A stretch of DNA of 64,000 nt from contig NW_027117345.1 of the NCBI RefSeq assembly GCF_038025025.1, positions 1,798,001 through 1,862,000 of the forward strand. Reading direction: 5' to 3'. Under the pieces are notes generated by a model. It was not told where the DNA came from. It was given only the letters and a program-made list of their open reading frames with translations, and ran no database searches. This document shows positions 58,739 through 64,000 of this stretch, piece after piece; position 1 is the first letter of the stretch, and every line of letters starts with the position of its first letter. The DNA comes from Phyllosticta citribraziliensis (lineage: Eukaryota). Both the position numbers and the translations under genes were made by a program.

Positions 58739-59720
58739 CTTGCCTATAGTGGACGCCAAGGGGCTACGGAGAGGAAAAATTGACGAGGGTCAGGGCGGTT
58801 GGAGATCCATGGCCGGTGATGTTGCGCAGGCCCAATATATAAGAAGCCAGTGGTTTTCTTGTTGGACGTGGCTGCCAGCATGCAAGGGGGCGCGACAGGA
58901 CGGCGGTACCCTGACTTGGGTCAATCCAGACTTCTCTCCGCATTCGGGACACCGGGGTTGTGGGGGTGCATGTGGGCCGGCATGCGGCGATGGTCTGGTT
59001 GTGTGGAGTTGACCCGGATTGGTAGCCCGAATCACCCACGCAGTGATGGCCAGGCGCGTGGTGCGATGGAGAGGTTCTTCAATCGCTTATCGTGATTGAG
59101 TTTGATTCGGCTGAAGAGCTTCATGCATTCTTTAGAGACGCCCGAGTAGGTACATGTAGGTAGGTACTAGCTAAGAAGCCATGGCACGAGAACGCGGGGT
59201 AGGCGCGTGCGACGTCAGGCAAACAGGCGACGATGAGGTGACATGCAAAGTAGTAAGCCGGGGCAGGGCGCTTGATGCTGCCGCATGTGGTCACGGTTCT
59301 CGGTTCTCGATGCAAAGGGCAGTTACGAAGGAAGGCCTTGTGTTGTGCAGAGACGGGACGGTTCTGTTCATCGTTATCTTGCCATCCACCGGGCCGTCCT
59401 TAGATTGCCAGTTCGGACAGATTGGTCTTGTCGGGAGCAGGTTTTGCCCGGCAGACCAAGGCTCGAAAGCCAAAACGGGGCAGAGTCAGTGGGAGCATTC
59501 AAGAAGTCATACCACTAGACCAAAGTTTCCCAGGAGCATCCAAGCAGCCATAGGGGATAGGGGTTAGCCAAGCGCAGAGCCTCAGGATGACGGCCCAACC
59601 GCGGCGGGTGGAGAAGAGAAGAGGTGGTGGGAAGGTTTCGGCTCGTCGAAAACAGCAAAGCCGGCCCGGTCGCTTGCTTGCTTCCGTTGTCTGTCTACTC
59701 CATCGCTTTCCCCACGCGGC

Positions 59721-59762
59721 GGGGGCGGGGACGGGGACGGGGACGGGGACGGGGACGGGGAC
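59721..59762 (+). repeat. GGGGGC(GGGGAC)6 hexamer repeat, G-quadruplex capable
   Basis: Seven G-runs of 4 or more with 1-2 nt loops, directly visible. Confidence 0.9.
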
Positions 59763-59856
59763 GTGGTCTTGGACCCAGCTCCACCGCCGCCGTCAGCCAT
59801 GGCCTGCTTTGCTTCTTTTGCACCTCAGTGGCCTTTTGGCGCGCAACGCTGTCAAA

Positions 59857-62369
59857 ATGCGTCAACCCCCCGACCAGCATTCTCCCTCGTCCGTCACCTC
59901 CTCTGCTCGCGTGGATTCCACTTCGCGCCATGCGAGTCCAACCGATTCCACCCAGTCCCCGTCCTCGCTGGCAAACGCCGCCGACTCGGGCTTGAAGAGG
60001 AGGAGAGGAAGACATGGCTGTCTGACCTGTAGGCGGAAGCGCAAGAAATGTACGCCACAACGCATCCTTACCCTTGATTCTCTGACCAGTTTGCGTCAAA
60101 GGCGACGAGCTAAAGCCAAAATGCACTCGCTGTACAAAACACGCCGACGCGTGCGAGTGGGACAACCGCATCATCTTTCGCCATAGTGGCTTAAACGGCG
60201 ACCATCAGGCTATGAGGATGGGCAGTCAGGCTACACCGCCCGTGGGCGACTTGACTGTACGACATGGCATTGCCCTGCCTTTATTTGCACGTGGCTCATC
60301 ATCACCAGATTATCAATGTCACATCTGCCGTTTCACAAACATGCCGTCGCGACGGGCCATCTCCCCAAGACCACCAGCCATCCAGCCAACATCAAAACAC
60401 CTGGAAACAACATGAATCCGCGGCCGAGACCTTGTCACCGTACCAGTCAAGGTCGAGCGATGGAACATCCCCTCGAAGCCACGCCCCCCTCGCCAATCTC
60501 CCCTTCCCACCAGCAACGGCTCTTCCAGACGCTCAGCGCTTGTCATATATTTCGCCGGCCGCTACCGAGACGCCATCTTCGGTACGGATGAAGAGACAGG
60601 CTAGCGACATCAACACAATTTTGAATGGGGAAAACCGCCAGTTGCCTCGTCCCGAGCGTATGCCACCGACCGATCATTTCAGCACCGGTAATTCTTTGTA
60701 CACGACACCTATGCCCACCCCCTTACCTTCCGAGGACGCGCATCAGCCGTCCATTGACTTCATTTCGCCCCTTTCCGCCGGGGAGCTTGCTGCTCTCGAC
60801 TTTCTCACTTCACAGCCTCAGACTGCCCTTCATGAACACCCACTCTCGGACCAGGACAAGACGTGGATGTCCCCCGACGTGAGCCAAGAAGCATCTTCAG
60901 CCTTTTCTGAGCAACTCGTGGTCGAATCTCCAAGTGGATTGTACTACCCCAGTTCGGCATATCGTGACCTGCAGCAGGACCTGCATACCCACATTGTCGA
61001 GACGGCTCGCAACAGTGGACTTACGAGGCACGCCACGCCCGAGGCTAGTGCCGAAGCCCACCTGGACCATTCACGCGCACCACCACACGCAGAAACCGTC
61101 TCTGGTGCCACTGATAGACTCGAGTCACTGGCAAGACATTCGCGGGCGACAGGACTCGCAGATCAGCGCGAGATTGAGCTCTGGCAGAATTATCTCAACG
61201 AGATAGCACCGTGGCTGGACAAGTTCGACAACCAGAGACATTTTCAATTTACAATTCCCATCTTGGCCAAGACGTGCACTCATCTCAGATATTCGGCCTT
61301 GGCCCTGTCTGCCCGACAACAGGAACGAAAGAATCCATCGAGGCCTTATACCGAGAGTCTGGGACTGTATCAAGAAGCCATCAGGAACCTTGTGCCAGAG
61401 CTCCAGACGATGAGCACAGCCGTTGTTGCGTCAAGCGTCTTGTTATGTGTATTGGAAATGATTATTGTCTCGCCCAAAGATTGGGGAAGGCATCTCGGCG
61501 GTTGTGCCATTCTACTTCAAGCTGCCAACATCACTGGTGTCTCAGGAGGCGTGAACCAAGCGCTCTTCTGGTGCTTTGCCCGCATGGACGTCTGGTCCGG
61601 GTACCTTTCTGACTGCTGCACCAAGGTCCCTATGGATCGATGGCTGTCGTCCAACGTACCCATGTCGACTGCGGTCAACGTCTTCAAAAATGAGTGCAAG
61701 GGTTTTGATGCGTATGCCAATTATGCCGTGTTTCTATCAGCATCAGTCGTCAACGTCATCAACGGGCGTGGTGACATTTTCACCAACCACGAAAAACGGG
61801 CCGAGTACATTGCTCGCTGGAGAGCCTTGTTTGACCTTGTCGAGGACTGGTTCTCCAGTCGACCTGTTGGTAAGGTTTCTACTAGCCTCCCCGACGACTC
61901 GTATTGACGTTTAAGAAATGCTCCCCCTCCTTTCATATCCCGCGGCCTTTGACAACTACGAATTTCCTTTTCCCAAGGTCCTGTACGGGAATGCTCCCGC
62001 CACGAATGGCAATCAGCTATACCACTTTTGCGCCATACGACTGCTGCAGGAGAAACCAAAGGAAATCCGTCTTGGCAAAAAGACGGGCAAGAGTATCATT
62101 TGGCATGCAAGGCAGATTTGTGGCATTGCGGCCAGCAACTCTCATCACGGCGCATGGGTGCGTATCACTAGCCCAACAGCATATTCGGCAACTAACTCAA
62201 CCACTAGATCAATGGAATCCAGCCACTGTTCGTAGCAGGCAAGTTAATGAGCCATCCAAGCGAGCACCGCGCCATTCTCAAAGTCCTCAAACGCATCGAA
62301 GAAGAGTGCGGCTGGGCGACAAAATGGAGAGCGGAGGAACTCCAAGAGCACTGGGGAACGGAGATGTGA
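59857..62369 (+). CDS. Zn(II)2Cys6 transcription factor with C-terminal fungal-specific TF domain (Fungal_trans_2-like)
   Basis: GCLTCRRKRKKC|DELKPKCTRCTKHADACEW (intron 60050-60101 splits the cluster); IAPWLDKFD, ALFWCFARMDV, HARQICGI, INGIQPLFVAG, GWATKWR; four introns. Confidence 0.92.
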
Positions 62370-63523
62370 TCTCGAGGGGTAGGTTTGGTTCCTGCAGACG
62401 AGAGTACGCCTATATGAAGTAGACTTTAACTGCGGAGGCCAATACGAGCGCCACGGGGAACCACGAGCGACCAAGAAAACGGGACAGTGGTTGGCATTGC
62501 CAAACCAGACTTTCGGTATCACTCTCGAATGGCGCTGTTCGAATTTTCTTCTTCAGCCCTGCGACGCTGATGTCGACCCTGGCGATGCGAAATGCCTGCA
62601 AGTCTCAGATGAATTCCGCGTAGGGCTCAGGGGCACTAATGCAAGACATACGCCGAGCAAAAGCCTAAGCAGAACAGAGGCTTGGTAGCAAAAGCCACGG
62701 CACACACAACCTCCCAATCATACCACTCATGGACGCTTGAATGCTCCATATCACTACTCTCTTAGACTGTTGAATACTCCTGAGCACATGCTCATTCTAG
62801 AGCGGCTTGAATGCATCCTGAGGGCGAGACTGATTCCCTGCTCTTATGTGTGCCACGAATTTTGTCACCAAGCCTCGAACTCTTTCAGCCGCAAGCTCAT
62901 GCCCCAAATCTTACCGCTTTAGTGCGGTCGCCTCCAACGGGCTCCCACTCGAAAGATTTCAAGCGGCAAACACGTCGTCTGATCCACTCGCCCCGACATT
63001 TCGGGTCTTGAGCCGAGGTCTGTCTTGAAATTACTGCGACGAGCAAATAGTTTGCCCGCCAAAATTTAGCAACAATTTGAACCTTATACCGACATCCGAC
63101 TCCCACTCTCCCCCGTCGCTGCCGGGCTTCCGTATGCTTAACCTCTCCGCAGTCCCGGTCAAAAATGTACCGGTTTCTTCTTTCGTCGCTACCATGATCC
63201 TCTATGGTGCTCTCCTTCCGACTTAGTTACCAAACCGCTGTTCGCACGCGGACTCGTGCGCCGTTTCCCAGGCATCTCTCCAGAAAGTCGATTCTTCACT
63301 ACCGGATCTCGTCGGATATACCCGCCGCTGAGTCCGTCCCGAGCCGCGTCGACTTCCACCTCTTCCAGAAGGCGCCTTGGCCTTTTGCTGGCACAGGCAA
63401 ACCGCGTTGTTTCGTTTCGTCGACGAGAAAATAGTCCACAGCCGCTTTCCTTCCTTGTCGCTGCAGCTCATTGGCACTACCCGACCAAACTCACCACCCA
63501 CAATCACGCTCCTTACCGTCATT

Positions 63524-64000
63524 ATGCGCTCAAATCCGCTCTTTCACTTGCTCGTCCTCTTCGTCATCGTCACCCTTGCGACTGCACTCAAACCGCCTCA
63601 CCTCCGCGCTTCCAGACAAAAAGTGCGTCGCGCTGTTCCCCCTCAAACACCGCGCGACAATGTAAAGCGCGGCGTTCACCTCAACGAAAAGACTGAGCGA
63701 TTTAGAGTCGACGGGTCTGCTTTTCCAAATGTCACTGTTGGCTTCCCAGAGAGCTATGCCGGGCTGTTGCCCATTGACAAAGAGGATGGCCCAAAGCTTT
63801 TCTTTTGGTATGTGCCAAGTGAAAACACTGCCGCGACGGATGAGATTGTCATTTGGTTAAGTGTGAGTTTTCAAGCTGTCGAGGGCTCAAAGGTCAGCTG
63901 TTTGACAAGACGCTTAGGGTGGTCCGGGATGTTCTTCGCTGGCTGGCTGTAAGTGTTTTGATCTCGTTGCGTAAATCGGAATATGGGTCTTGGCATTGCC
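63524..64000 (+). CDS. Serine carboxypeptidase (S10 family), 5' part only
   Basis: Signal peptide MRSNPLFHLLVLFVIVTLATA; ESYAGLLPI, LFFWYVPS, IVIWL followed after an intron (~63861-63918) by GGPGCSSL. Confidence 0.9.

Overview
Eukaryotic, intron-rich, GC-rich DNA from a filamentous ascomycete (gene content and short GT-AG introns with CTRAC branch sites suggest Pezizomycotina, plausibly a Dothideomycete; this is inference). About 22 protein-coding genes can be supported: PhoD phosphatase (runs off the left end), a Pth11-like receptor, a hydroxynaphthalene-reductase-like SDR, PRS5-type PRPP synthetase, two low-complexity orphan proteins, an atypical Rho-like GTPase, a tannase/feruloyl esterase, a DUF1399 protein, a hidden 4-exon Cys-rich GPI protein, two conserved hypotheticals, a divergent MFS efflux pump/Zn2Cys6 pair, a second SDR, gamma-tubulin complex subunit GCP3, a GH72 glucanosyltransferase, eIF2B-gamma divergent to a Pex22-like gene, a divergent sugar porter/Zn2Cys6 pair and an S10 carboxypeptidase (runs off the right end). 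I see no transposase, CRISPR array, rRNA or RIP-like AT-rich block. The most unusual items are (1) a Pol III tRNA-like gene at 36439-36587 with an over-long anticodon stem, an ambiguous TTC/TCA anticodon and a structured ~75-nt insert, (2) a 219-nt intron holding a 34-bp inverted repeat, (3) a spliced cryptic ORF built from a duplicated intron-exon unit at 21485-22150, (4) an exon-duplicated Cys-rich GPI protein and (5) three GC-AG introns. All product names come from motif recognition by eye, not database searches, and all splice models are manual.
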